A DNA stretch of 32,565 nucleotides, taken from the NCBI GenBank assembly GCA_051942245.1, contig JAVECL010000257.1:1-32565 (forward strand), given 5' to 3'. Numbering within the stretch: position 1 is the stretch's first letter; each line of letters begins with the position of its first letter. A program made the position numbers and the translations under genes. This DNA is from Trypethelium eluteriae (taxonomy: Eukaryota). Below are positions 10,928 to 22,800 of this stretch, piece after piece. Below the pieces are notes generated by a model. It was not told where the DNA came from. It saw only the letters and a program-made list of their open reading frames with translations, and did no database searches.

Positions 10928-13079
10928 ATGAGCTCAGCCCAAGCTCTCACATGTCCGGCTCCACGTATACAACGGGCATGTAATCGCTGTCGTGCCCGAA
11001 AGACTCGCTGCTTAGCAAGTGAGCATCCACAGACATGTCGGAGGTTAGGATCTCGCGTCTGCTCTGGGGCAGGCGACTGAAGATGAAACAGATGCCTTGC
11101 AAAAAATTACGACTGCGTCTATTCGACATCTCAAGAGAATAGACGGACACCAGTAGTCCCAGCCAAACGGCAGCAAAGTGATATCAGCCATCAGCAGCCA
11201 TTGACCCCAGTATCTATTGACGATGGAGCTCGACATACCATTCCCGAACTTGGGTTTGAACTAGAACAACCGCCCAATCAGACCACGGCAAGCGATGTCT
11301 CTACTGAAACGGAGTCACTTGGCTTCATGCATCACAATATGCTCCGACGACACTTCAGCAAAGACTCTGAGTATCTCACCGATACATCTTTTGCTCCTTC
11401 AGGTGGGGAAGAACGTCCTAGTCGTCGAAATACATGGAAAAGTACGATCCGTCACTCCAGTCCTCTCAAACTCGGAGATGATGAGGTCGAGCAATATTTA
11501 TACAAATATGACCGTCTATTCCACTATTTCCCTTTTCTTCCACTCCCACCAGGCTGGTCTGTCCACAACATGCGGACAGACCATTCTTTTTTTCTACTGG
11601 GCATTATTTCAGCAGTGACGATACATGATGTTGAGGTTAATGCGCAGGTGCATGCCCAATTTCTCCGTGTTCTTGCGGAAAGAGTAGTCGTACGAGGGGA
11701 GAAATCCTTGGATATTGTTCAAGGCATTCTCGTTCAACTTGCATGGTAGGCTTTCTCATGATGTCTCCTTCACCATTGTTCAAAGCATTGATACCTGACT
11801 GTCCTAAGGTTCCCTATGCATCTCAATCCTTGTGGCCGGCAAATCTTTCAGATTCTCCAAATCGCTTGTACTATGGTTGCTGAGCTCGGCTTGAATCAAG
11901 CTATTGAGACAGCCCAATCTGAGCCAAGATCGATTGCACACCATACAATTGGTGTAGACGCGATGTCGTCGTCCATACAACGAACGCAGGCTGCATGCTA
12001 TCATCTCTCTTCCATGTAAGATTTGCCCGCGTCATTACGAAATTAATAATTACTCATACTCAAGCTTCGTAGAATTGCTGTGTCGTTTCACCGCAAAAAC
12101 AACTTCTCGTACCCTGAAAACCTTGGTTGTCCGTATGCGCCGATCCATCAAGAAGAGAACGGTCTGGCAGACAACCTCGTTTTCGTACACGCCAAGCTTC
12201 AACGATTGGTTGAACAAGCTGAAACTGCTTCGAAGAATAGGCGTCTTGATGCATTGAGCGCCGTTGCGATTGTGGACACGCTTACTAATGAGTTTTATGC
12301 TACCTTTGAGGTAGTGCGGAAGGAAGCGCAGGAACAGTGTAAGGCAGCGCGTGATATCATCTTGAAACACTTGGTAATTCGCTAATACAGTATCATCAGC
12401 ACCAATTAGACTTGCAAAGCATTTCGTCGATCTACAGATTCACTCCATTGCTCTGAGAGAATTGAGCACGTCGACCGCGACATCGCTTAATAGCAATGAC
12501 GTTCAAGACTGGCGTCACGGGACATTGTTACGATGTCTTCAATCATCAAAAGCGTTCTTTGAGACATTCTTCTCATTGCCGATCTCCGAGTACCGTAACA
12601 TTGCATTTGCTGAGAAGGGCCGAATAGTCTTGACGCTGACGATTCTGGCCAAGCTTTGCTTCGATATTTCGGGTTGTCCCAGATGGGACTCTGCGTGGGC
12701 GCGAAAAGAGGTACAATATGGGATGATTATTGAGAGTCTGTGCTATCGGATGCAAGAGCTTACTTCCAGGGGTAAGTCTCGGAGTCCCAATGATGCTGCG
12801 CTGCCTCCAGATTATTTCTTCATGATGAAATCAGTCTTGCAGGTTTTGAAAGAGGTGTATGACGAAGCTGTTGCTGAAGCTCTGAAAGCTTCGGAAGAAG
12901 ACAGAGAAAAGCGGAAACAACATTTCAGATGTCCTGTCTTGAATGGGGAACTCATGAATACCGACTTTTGGGAGGCGCTAGAATACAGTCACGAGTCTGG
13001 GATTGATCCACTGCTTGATGGTAACTGGAATCTGAATGACGTTAGTACTTGGAATTGGGACTGGAATACAACGATCTGA
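10928..13079 (+). CDS. Zn(II)2Cys6 fungal transcription factor, multi-exon
   Basis: RACNRCRARKTRCLASEHPQTCR|RCLAKNYDC once intron 11044-11091 is removed. Middle homology region (YFPFLPLP, GEKSLDIVQGILVQLAW|FP). Further introns at 11746-11808, ~12016-12072 and ~12340-12400. Confidence 0.9.
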
Positions 13080-13174
13080 TTGTCTAATTAAAGCCAATAT
13101 CGGATTTTTGGGAGTGGAGGATCAGCCATAGTACGCGTGTACGGGTATCTCAGCCGAAACAAAAGCTCTCCGCT

Positions 13175-14482
13175 CTATTTGACTCCAAACACCTTCGTCC
13201 CACTCAACTCCCCATCCCCATACCAGCTCCACAAATCCTCGGCCAGCGCCTGAGGTCTCTCATACGCAGCAAAATGCCCTCCCCTATCATGCACATTCCT
13301 CACCTTCACATTTCCACCTCTCTGCGCCCAATCCAAGGGCAGGCCAAACCATAGATCATACGGCAGCTCCGAAATCATGACAGGCTGAGAGACATACGGA
13401 AGCGTCCCAAACGCAAATCCTTCAAACGCGCCCCCTTCCAGATTCTCTTTGTAGAATCGCAATCCTCCATACGGTCCTTGGATGATGTACATCATGGCCC
13501 ACGTGATGACGTCTTGAGGCGTCCAGGCGAAATCCCGTGGATCGACGACGGGGGCCATGAGATTGTAGATCCACACTGCGAATCCGAGCGGCGAGTCGGT
13601 GAGGGCGTATGCCAGAGCCAGCGGATTGTGTTCCTGAATGATTCGGTATCCGGATTGCTCATTAATAAAGGTTTCCAGATTGCGTATATACGTCGTTTCA
13701 TCAGGCGTCGCGAGGCCCTCTTCCAGACGTCTCAGGTCTTCGGAGCTGGGCTGGATGACCCAGAAGTTACTGGAAATGGATACGACATTCGAAGGGAAGA
13801 GATGGGCTTGGTAGCGTAGGATGACGCCGCCGTAGTCGCCGCCGTCGATGACGTACTTCGTGTAGTTGAGTTGCAGCATCAGGGCATGGAAGGCGTGTGC
13901 GGCGGGGCCGGAACCGAAGCCGGCGTGTTGGGGTGCTGGGGAGAAGGCGAAGCCGGGGATGGAGGGGGCAACCACGTGGAAGGCTGGGAGGGAGGCGTTG
14001 GGTGGGTTGGTGAGGCGGTCGATGATCTTGGAGACCTCGAGGAAGGAGCCGGGCCAGCCGTGGATGAAGAGGAGGGGAATGGCGTCGGTTCTTGGAGAGC
14101 GATGGTGGACGAAGTGCAAGGGGATGGAGGAGTTGTAGGACGAATTTTGGGGATGGACTATGGTGGTGAACTGGTGGAGTTGACGGTTGATGTTTGATTG
14201 TGTTTCGGTCCAATTGTACTCGTTGACCCAGTAATCGTGGATGGTGGTCCAATCTGCAAGGGTAGGACCGTCTTTATCTGGTGGAGTGAGTCCGTCGATT
14301 TGAACGGGGGCTCGGGCATGTTGGACACGACTATGGACGTCGGTAATGAAGCTCGGATCCACATTTATGTTGAAGGACCGGGGGGTTTCTTGGAACGTCG
14401 CATCTGTATTGGGGATAGAGAAGCCTTGGGCGTTCTGGATCAAGAAAAACAGAGAACCAAAGAGGACTAGATTGAGGGCCAT
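13175..14482 (-). CDS. Epoxide hydrolase (EHN + alpha/beta hydrolase) with an N-terminal signal peptide
   Basis: LHFVHHRS, PLLFIHGWPGSFLE, FHVVAPSIPGFAFS, nucleophile GGDYG, DSPLG, GGHFAAYERP. The N-terminus MALNLVLFGSLFFLIQNAQG is hydrophobic. Intronless, 435 aa. Confidence 0.95.
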   Translation of the reverse strand: MALNLVLFGSLFFLIQNAQGFSIPNTDATFQETPRSFNINVDPSFITDVHSRVQHARAPVQIDGLTPPDKDGPTLADWTTIHDYWVNEYNWTETQSNINRQLHQFTTIVHPQNSSYNSSIPLHFVHHRSPRTDAIPLLFIHGWPGSFLEVSKIIDRLTNPPNASLPAFHVVAPSIPGFAFSPAPQHAGFGSGPAAHAFHALMLQLNYTKYVIDGGDYGGVILRYQAHLFPSNVVSISSNFWVIQPSSEDLRRLEEGLATPDETTYIRNLETFINEQSGYRIIQEHNPLALAYALTDSPLGFAVWIYNLMAPVVDPRDFAWTPQDVITWAMMYIIQGPYGGLRFYKENLEGGAFEGFAFGTLPYVSQPVMISELPYDLWFGLPLDWAQRGGNVKVRNVHDRGGHFAAYERPQALAEDLWSWYGDGELSGTKVFGVK

Positions 14483-16970
14483 GGCGAATAGTCTCGTACC
14501 CTATTGTACAGTACTCGGAGTCGTATATTGTTTAATGTGAATCGGGTGCTTTTCAACGTGTCCATAGTGGAGAGTAGTTAAGACACACTTATAGTAATGG
14601 TGAAAGCTCCTACCAAATAATTATTGGTAAGCAAGTATGAGAGTGAGCCGGCTCTATCACGAACCAGGGAGTGCAAGTCTCGATGTGGTGGCTTGGCAAT
14701 GCGTTCTTCGAGACGGATACCGGACTTACTGCTTTACGACTAACAGCGATTTCTCAGCATCATACCAGTCACCGCCCTGAATTTATATGAGGCAAGATGC
14801 ATGACCTCTGAAATATGAACGTTGACTAATGTAGTAGCGGGGGTCAGTTGAGTAAACAGCTGGGCTTACTTATTTGCCGGATTTCATCATCGTGAGAAGG
14901 AAAAGATCGACAGGTCAATGAATTTCAAAGGCGCTTGCCAACACCGACGAAAGGAGTCTTGACGTAGACGTAATTGACGAAACTGAAAACATCTACTCGA
15001 AATTAACATGCGGCTTTGCATAAAACCTTGGATCTGGAGACTTAGAAAGCGGTAAGAGGTATGAGATCCAGGCAGCCCATCTTTCTCCAAGCATTTCTTA
15101 CAATGTTGATACTGCTGCGCAGCTGGTGGCACGCGGCCTATCTGGAAGTGCTGGCGCAGAGAATTGGGATGGTTATTCAAGCCATTTCTTTGCTGGAGTG
15201 AGATGGACTTGTTTCGGCGCACTTAATAAGGGTTGGATCGGTGGGGAAAATTCGCCGTTCCCCCGAAGACCATGCATCCCGTTAGAGATACGAGCGGTGT
15301 GAATCTGCTGCATGGGCCACCTTGGTAGGTATTGCAGACATGAGAATCAAGATCAAAAAGAAGCCGGGCAATATCTGCCTTCTTACCTCCTGGCCCTATT
15401 TCATTGCCCAAACAGGGTCCTAGCGCTAATCAGACCTTCTATGAGACGGCCAAGATCTTAGGTGTGCCCCTGCCCGCCGCCTTAAGCAACCCCGTGTGCC
15501 TAAATGACTGGGCACATACGGGTACAGGAATGTATCTGTATTGATACGTTTTCCTCTGGGCGTAAGTTCTGATAGGCGTCTCTGCGAACACAAACAATGC
15601 GCAGCGAAACGAAGATATCTCCAGAGTAGCAGGTTTATAGATGTATTTCTAATCCAATCGCTGATAGAATGAGTCTTCCTGCACCTATGTTCCTGGATAG
15701 TACAAGAGTCGAGGAATAAGAACACCGTCGATCGTCAGAACTTCAATGCAAGGCAAACAGTTGTGCGATCCTTGAAGACGGCGTTGACCCTGAGTAAAGA
15801 TGTCCATGGATAGACACTTTAGCGGTTCCCCGACAGACTCCATGTGGTCACTGTCCGCGAGATCTCTTTGCGGTCGCATTTTGGTTCACTTGAGGCTCGC
15901 CGCTCTCGAATAGAGAAGCAGAAGTCAGAGGCGGAGGAGGCCTCCTGCTCCGTAAGGTAGCGGGATGAAAAATGCAGGTCAGTAGATGGTGAGATGCAGG
16001 GCAATCAGCCTTACTCCGCCTCTTCGCGTCTTACCGTACTCTAATTGATCGGGACCCGCAACCTTAAAAAGCCAACAAGACCACAACCACAAGCGCAACT
16101 TGGTCCTTTCTCAATGGCCAGTGAAATCGTGTCTATTTTCCCTCACCGGTTCGTTTCTGTCGTAGTGAAACCACGAGTCAATCTCATCTGCCCGTATCTC
16201 AGCAATTGTCTTCATCTGACTGCCCAGAATTATTGAAAAGGGCGCGATTTATCTTGGCTAGCTTAGAGCTGAAAGCAATCACACCAAGCATTATTACCTA
16301 CGTGACCCATTTCACTGTGTTGAAGAGCCTCATCATGGCCGACGCTAACACCACTGCCCAACGCCCCATTGTCGATCGATGGCATTGCTGAAACACAGTG
16401 ATGTCGCTATCGCCAACCAATACTCCCTTATTTGATCACCAGAAGGAGATCCCTCTGACCCACGCCGCAAACCGTACTGCAGCATATCCCCCAATGGCTT
16501 AGTCTACTTGGCAGTTCGGCTCGCATGTGAGATTATCCTTGCCTTTGGGGCTAGTTTGCACCTTATCCTGGTGTCTCCAGACTTCAGCTCACGCCGCAAT
16601 TTCGGCTATGCCAGACAGTACGCAGCCGCAACGCTATCCTATTGGCCGTCTTCCGAGGCGTATAGGTTCTATCTATGGAAACATCCCAGTTGAGTGACCA
16701 CAGCTCAGAAGGTTTTCTGTGAGTTAGAGGGTATAAGTCACCGCAGGTGCCACCAGACTGCATTCAAATTTCGGAAGATCGTTGTTGGTGATCGATCGTT
16801 GCTTGCCTGACATATTATTGCTGACGGGCGTCCCTCTCTTTTACGCCTGTTACTTTCAGAATCAATCCTTCTGTCTAAACTTCTTATACTCCACCTCTTT
16901 TCTTTGTCCTGCCATTAATCGCAACTCTAACGCTACTTAACGCTTGAAGCAAATCACCAAAACCTACACA

Positions 16971-17526
16971 ATGGCCGAACGAGAATTCCACGAAAAGGGC
17001 ACCGCTTGTTGCTCACCTTTCTCAACTTGTACGTGGCATTGCCTCTCGACAGATCGCGAATAGCAAACACTGATCAGTCACAGGTCTTCTTACTTCCTTT
17101 TGTCCTTGCATTACCTTTGGTCGTGTCCGTCACCGAATGCAAGAGGGTCACAGAGAGAAGTATGATACCTGCAACGGCTCCGTAAGTCTACACACCCCGA
17201 TGCGCAGACAGGTCCGCTAATAATCTTCCGTTCAGTGCTGGGGCTACTGCGGTCTCATGGTCTGCGGATTCCAGTGGGTTTGGCAAGCCATGAACCGGTC
17301 CGAGATGCGCGCCAAATACCACCTCGAAGGCAATCTTTGCACCGATCTCCTCTGCGCTTGCTGCTGCCACTGCTGCGACTTGATTCAACAGGATAAGGAA
17401 GCTTGCTACCGAGAGCAGGAGCGGGCGGGTCTGATCGTGGATGGACAGCCTGGCAAGGCAGAGGGCATGAACTACCAGCCTAGCTACCAGCCTGGACCCC
17501 CTCCCCCACAACCAGGGCAATACTGA
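16971..17526 (+). CDS. PLAC8-family cysteine-rich protein; exons 16971-17028, 17084-17181, 17236-17526
   Basis: Spliced product MAEREFHEKGTACCSPFSTCLLTSFCPCITFG...RSEMRAKYHLEGNLCTDLLCACCCHCCDLIQQDKE. Canonical introns GTACGT..CAG and GTAAGT..CAG. Confidence 0.92.
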
Positions 17527-18073
17527 GAGATTTTGCGAGTGAACGGTAATTGGAGTTCTTGGGATAGGCAGAAATCTGGTCATGAGTGATTCTGGACCTT
17601 TGACTATCTCTTGGCGTTCCTCATTAATCTGGAACTGTGCCTCGTGTGTCAAGCCTTGTCTTCCACTGTGTTTGGGATCGCCAATTGTCCATCAAGCGGC
17701 CTTCCCTCTTTTCCTTTCTAGCTATACCCAAACAATACACTTGTCCCCAAAATTAATGCCATATCTCCTATGCGATAGGCGATAACGTAGTACCTGTGCG
17801 CTTTGCGAAGTACTGTGACACCATTAGTCTGAGGACAGGAACGAACCAGCAATGGGTCGCTCTGCTTACCCACAATCACTCGGTACGCCGGAGGGCAAAA
17901 ACCCACCACTGAGGTAGCAGCACAAGCTATTCGACGGTCGAACTCTGGAAATAATCTTCAACCCAACTTCTCCATCTCAGCTCCATGGTCCCTTCTTCAG
18001 CTACAACTGTGCCTCGCACAAGTTTATCAGCAGTAAGATATCAGACTCTTGAGTCCCGTGATCCAACCTCTCC

Positions 18074-18391
18074 CTACACCGCCGCTCCTTCTCCCACGTC
18101 TCTTCCTTCTTCACCCTGCGGCTCCTGCGCCGCGTTCTCCCCCTTAAACTTGAAATCTTGTCGACACATCGGACATTGGCTCTTTGGGTCATGCTGCATC
18201 CAAGTCGCTATGCAGTGCATGTGGAAGGTATGAGTACACTCGCCCTCGACTATGCTGCAGTCGTCGCCCGGGTACTTGCACTTGGGGCAGGTGGAATCGT
18301 AGGGTTGAGAACAGATGCCGCAAACGTCATCGGCCGGCGCATCCCAGCGCCAGGCCGCAACGGCGTGCCATTCGAGAATGGTGACTTTCAT
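18074..18391 (-). CDS. APC11: Anaphase-promoting complex subunit 11 (RING-H2)
   Basis: MKVTILEWHAVAAWRWD...DDVCGICSQPYDSTCPKCKYPGDDCSIVEGECTHTFHMHCIATW...CPMCRQ. The true start is most likely the internal ATG at 18391. Confidence 0.96.
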   Translation of the reverse strand: MKVTILEWHAVAAWRWDAPADDVCGICSQPYDSTCPKCKYPGDDCSIVEGECTHTFHMHCIATWMQHDPKSQCPMCRQDFKFKGENAAQEPQGEEGRDVGEGAAV

Positions 18392-19029
18392 GTTGGGCAG
18401 TAGAAGAGGCGATCTCGAGCAGTGAGTTGGGCTTCCGAGGGGTGAATGCCGGGAGCTTAGAAGAAGGATCGAAGGGCGTCCATCCAAGATCGCAGTTGTT
18501 GAGCCAGCTGGTCGTTTCAGGTGCTAGAGACGCGAAAGGGACGCGTCAAAGTTTGATGCTATCTTCTTATCGATAAGCCTACCGATGACGGAGCAACCAC
18601 CCAACGACCTTGTTGGCAAGGCTACGGAGTACGAAGTACAATCATGCAAATAAACCATAAATGTACCCACATCTCTCACCAAATTTCTTTTCCTGGCAGA
18701 ACTATGCTACTAGAAAGTAATCTATGTTCCGGTAAATCGACCATCAAGTTTACGCTCTTTGAAAATGGTTCCTACTTGAGAATAATTAAAAATGCATATG
18801 GTAAGTATAGGTACTTTTCATCTTCTCTGCTCTTTCCTCATTCCATTATCTGTGTTCTATCTGGTGTCACCGCGTCCGATATAGATTTTTGAACAGCTCT
18901 GGAGCTCGACTTTTACCTCCATTGCCGCTTTTCTCTCTCGTCCCCGTGGTGTGACCCCGACGGAGAGTATAGGCTCTCATTCCAGCTCGAACTTAAGACA
19001 CATAGTAGTCCTCGGAAACCCTAGGGGAT

Positions 19030-19440
19030 GAATTAGGACCACTACCTCATTTTCCGTGTCTATCCCAGTCCTAATCCTGTGACTTGCAGTAGTCGTTCCT
19101 GTGACTGCTGAGGGAGGCGGACTGTACCACGTTTCAGAGCGGCTACGGCTTAATCCCTTCGTCTCTTACTAGGCTCTCCTTGAATACTGGCTTGTAGATA
19201 ACAACGAATCGATCTTTCTCCCAGCCTAATATTGGCGCGGTTGGTGTGCGCGGTTCGACGAGCGTAGTATGGTGGAGGAAGAGGTGGATGAGACTGGTGA
19301 TGAGGGGTTGGCGAAAGTTTCAGTGCGGGTTGGGACGCAGAGAGGGGGTGAGTTACAGCATTAACCAGAGAGGACGGCGGAGGAGAGCGCTGAATAGGGC
19401 GAACAGAGCCCAGCGGGCTTTGAGGAGTTAGCGGGTTAGA
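19030..19440 (-). pseudogene. Degenerate N-terminal part of a fungal alpha/beta-hydrolase (Abhydrolase_3-like lipase/esterase)
   Basis: Manual translation: TR*LLKARWALFALFSALLRRPLWLML*LTPSLRPNPH*NFRQPLITSLIHLFLHHTTLVEPRTPTAPILGWEKDRFVVIYKP...DEGIKP*, frameshift, TWYSPP...EVVVLIH. This resembles, from memory, the family N-terminus (LRPHPxWxxRQ, GxEKDRFVVI, IKP, GTWYP, VVLHFHGG). Confidence 0.55.
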
Positions 19441-19811
19441 GTCGCTTGGCGGATGGCGTCGAGAGTAGAGAGAGAGATGATTTCCAGGCGGGTGGTGCAG
19501 GAGTACATTACAAGGCTTAATTTTACCGAGCATGGCACTATAATACTGTGGAGAAGAAAGAGATTATAGGAATTATGGAAATGGGATGCGTTGAAGCCAT
19601 GTCGTGTGGCATGTATATTTGCTCAGGCTTGCTCTGGTCCAGATGAGATGTCAAGCAGAATGCCAGCCTTGCGACGTAGCTCACTCATTGGTCGACGGAC
19701 GCATTGCGTCCAGGTGCTTCTAGAAACTCAGCCCCTCCCCAAATCAACCTCTCCCCAAAGTGTACTCAATATGCAATTATCGCAGGTCTTCTTATCCCTT
19801 AACATAATACA

Positions 19812-22800
19812 ATGACCGACCCGCTTTCCATTTCCTCAGGTGCAGCAGGGGCTGTTTCTCTGGGAATACAAGTCTGCCAGGGCCTTGTGAAATACTACAA
19901 AGACTGGAACAGCCGTGAAGAAGATGTCGAAGTGGCAGTCACCAGCCTCGAGCGTGAACAAAACATTCTTATTTTATTACAGCGGAGCTTGAAAATGGAA
20001 AATCACTCCGCTCTTCTCATTGACGATATCGCCGAAGTTGAAAAATGTATCGTTAATATCCAACGTGCTTTCAGCTGCCTGGACACGATTCTCCAAAAAT
20101 GCCGACACTACCCAGCGCCAGGTAGTATGAAGGAGAGGGCAAAAACTATCGGAGTTGTGGCATTATATCCTTTTCGTAAAGATACGCTCAAGGAAATCCA
20201 ACATCGGGTCGGAGATATCGGGATAGTTCTTGCAAAGGCAGTCCAGATTCTGCAGCTGTAGGCAGTCGTCTTGATCATTGCGAGAGGAAATCACTGAGTA
20301 GCATCCAGTGACCTCACGCAAGAATTAAAGCAAGATCAATCGCTGCTCTAGGATCAAATTCGCTTGCATGACCAGAAGCTCGATGCGGTCAAGGGAACAG
20401 CGGAAGCGTCCTTCAAGACTATGAGGGAAGGTTTCTGTGACATGAGTCTCAAAATTTCCACGCTAGAATCCAGCTCCATGGCAACACGAACTGATATCTC
20501 AGCAATCCATGATACAGTTAATGCAGTGGTGGCAAAAGTCGAAGAGTTGCGGCTCGACCCTGTACAGCAATACACAAGATTACAAGGACTGTTCATGTCG
20601 AAGCCAAGTCTACTTCAAGAAGCTTGTCACCAAACTAGGGGGTCCTCAATTGCAGATTACAAACAAACAGAGGAAAATGAAGAACATCACAATATTCTTA
20701 CTTTGAAGAAGACCCCAAAGCGACCGCTTCTATGCAAGTGCCAATTCCCGCAGCTGTATCAGTGCAATGACCATCGCTTGTGGCTGCGGAGTGTTTTTTT
20801 CTCATGGACAAGCATACGGTCTCATGGCCAGCATTGTGCGTTCTATCAACATGAACAGCAGCTCTCAATTTGGCTATATACTACCTACCTCCTACACGGA
20901 GCTGTACGGGCTTCTATTTGTATCAAGCAAGGAGCAGGCGGAGCTGCGATAAGTCCATCACTAATCTATCACCCAATAGTGTCGAATGACTCCCCCGCGT
21001 TTGCCGCCTTAAGTACAGAGCATTTCCGAGCCGATTTCGAACCAGCCATGATCCGAATCCGACAGCTTTTTGAAAGAGGAGAAGCAAGTCCGTATGACAC
21101 CGATGAATGGGGCAACACTTTGCTACTGGTACATTCGCTTCCACCAGTTGGAGATTGTCTGCAAAGCTAATCTAATGGAACAGAAAGCAATGCGCCGTAC
21201 GCCTTACTATTGTTATTCTCCAATTGCGTAACATAGCTTTCGTACTCTTATACTAGATCTGATCGACCATGGCGTTCCTGTGGGTGAAAAAGCTGTTGAT
21301 GGACTGTGAGTTGTCAGATTTTCGCATGAGTTTACAGGAATGCTAACCGAGCTATTGCTCCGCAATTGATGCATTCAAGGAAACGTTCAATTCTATCGGC
21401 TGTTTCCATGGTTTCGCAACTGAGTCACCTTCTTTCGTGTCTCTATTCCAGGACTTAATGTTACGTGGAGCCAGCCCTAACTATTTAGGTCCTCCTAAAA
21501 CTTCTCCTTATGACCGAACTCCGTCTTTTAGCTACTACCACCGCGTGTGGTCGATTGAGATAAAATTTAGCGGTACAGTACCTCCCCTGGAATCGATGAC
21601 TGTAACTGAGCGGGACGCAGAGGGCAGCTCTAATACCCTTGGCTTTGCCGTAATTGAAAGATCTTCATCGAAAGTTCGACAAATACTGCAGTACTGTCCA
21701 CAGAGCATCTTTGAAAAGAATGAAGATGGCGAAAATGTCCTTCATCTTGCATGTGGTTGGCCAAGTGGTCCCATGCTTATCTTAGAATATGGAGGAAAAT
21801 CTTTGGTCAATTCACCCAGTCACAGAGGATTACTTCCATTACATTATGCAATCTATTGTCAGGATATCGAGGCCATACGAGTCCTCCTGCAGCAGGGTAG
21901 TAGTCTCGCCTTATTCACGACGGATAGTAACTTGTACGCCGAAGACTGCCTCTCTCTCGCCCTCAGAGTCACTTCTGATGAACAAGTCATGGTTACTCTA
22001 ATAGAAGCGCTTGCAGATCGCCGGAGAGATTCGTTTAGATTAGCGCACAATTCCCTGCCGCCTCAAAGTTTGATTCAACTGAGATTGAACAAGGATCGTT
22101 TATTAGACGAACAGGCAGATTCTGTCTACAAAGCTCTTCTTTCTTTTCGAGTTGACATTCCTCCCCGACTACAATTTGAACAGACTTGTTCAGCACCATC
22201 TTTATATCGCAACAAAGATATGACTACTGAGATCGCGGAGCACCTATACAGAGTAGGATTTCGAGACATTAAGACCCTTTCTAAAGTCGGACGGGATCCA
22301 TTGGCAACAGCATTATATCGCAGTCCTATATTATTGGGCATGCGAGAATACCTTTCTTACCCCCATTGGCTTGTATCCAAAGGAGCCAGCATCTGCACCC
22401 GCCTGGTGGTAGACGGTCGAGAAACAACGCCAGCCCACCAGTCGGCTTCTTTGCTGGACCGAGCTTTTCATGGAAAAAATAGGCTATTTGAACAATATCG
22501 CTACTTGTCTGCCCCCTTGGATAGCTTTCTCATTGCATTGCCTAAGGAGGAAGTCGGCGACAGTTGCGCGTGTGCCTGCTCTATAGCTGGGTGTCTGCCA
22601 TTAACGGTCATCTTCAAGCGTCATGCCATTCGTGACCCGAGATCTTACCGGCGTCTATGGATCGCGAGACGGTCAATTTTAGCTTGGCTAGAATCTGTGG
22701 TAGAGATGCGACACAGTGTCTTCTCGGCATCATTTCGGAAAAGTATTGTACGGTACGAGACATTTATTGCACTAGGTCTCTCGCACACCTGTTGCCCAGC

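Noticed and set aside
13478..14470. Several 70-160-aa ORFs overlapping the epoxide hydrolase
   Set aside because: Antisense or alternate-frame shadows of a GC3-rich coding sequence, with no motifs.
654..14482. Secondary-metabolite biosynthetic cluster (P450, TF, hydrolases)
   Set aside because: No PKS, NRPS or terpene synthase backbone gene in the window, and the P450 is separated from the TF by the NLR pair.
15950..15960. ccgtaaggtag, matching the hairpin element terminus
   Set aside because: Only about 10 nt with no adjacent arm similarity, compatible with chance.
18392..18487. 32-aa N-terminal extension of APC11 in the ORF track
   Set aside because: It starts at a non-ATG codon, and the conserved protein begins at MKV (18391).
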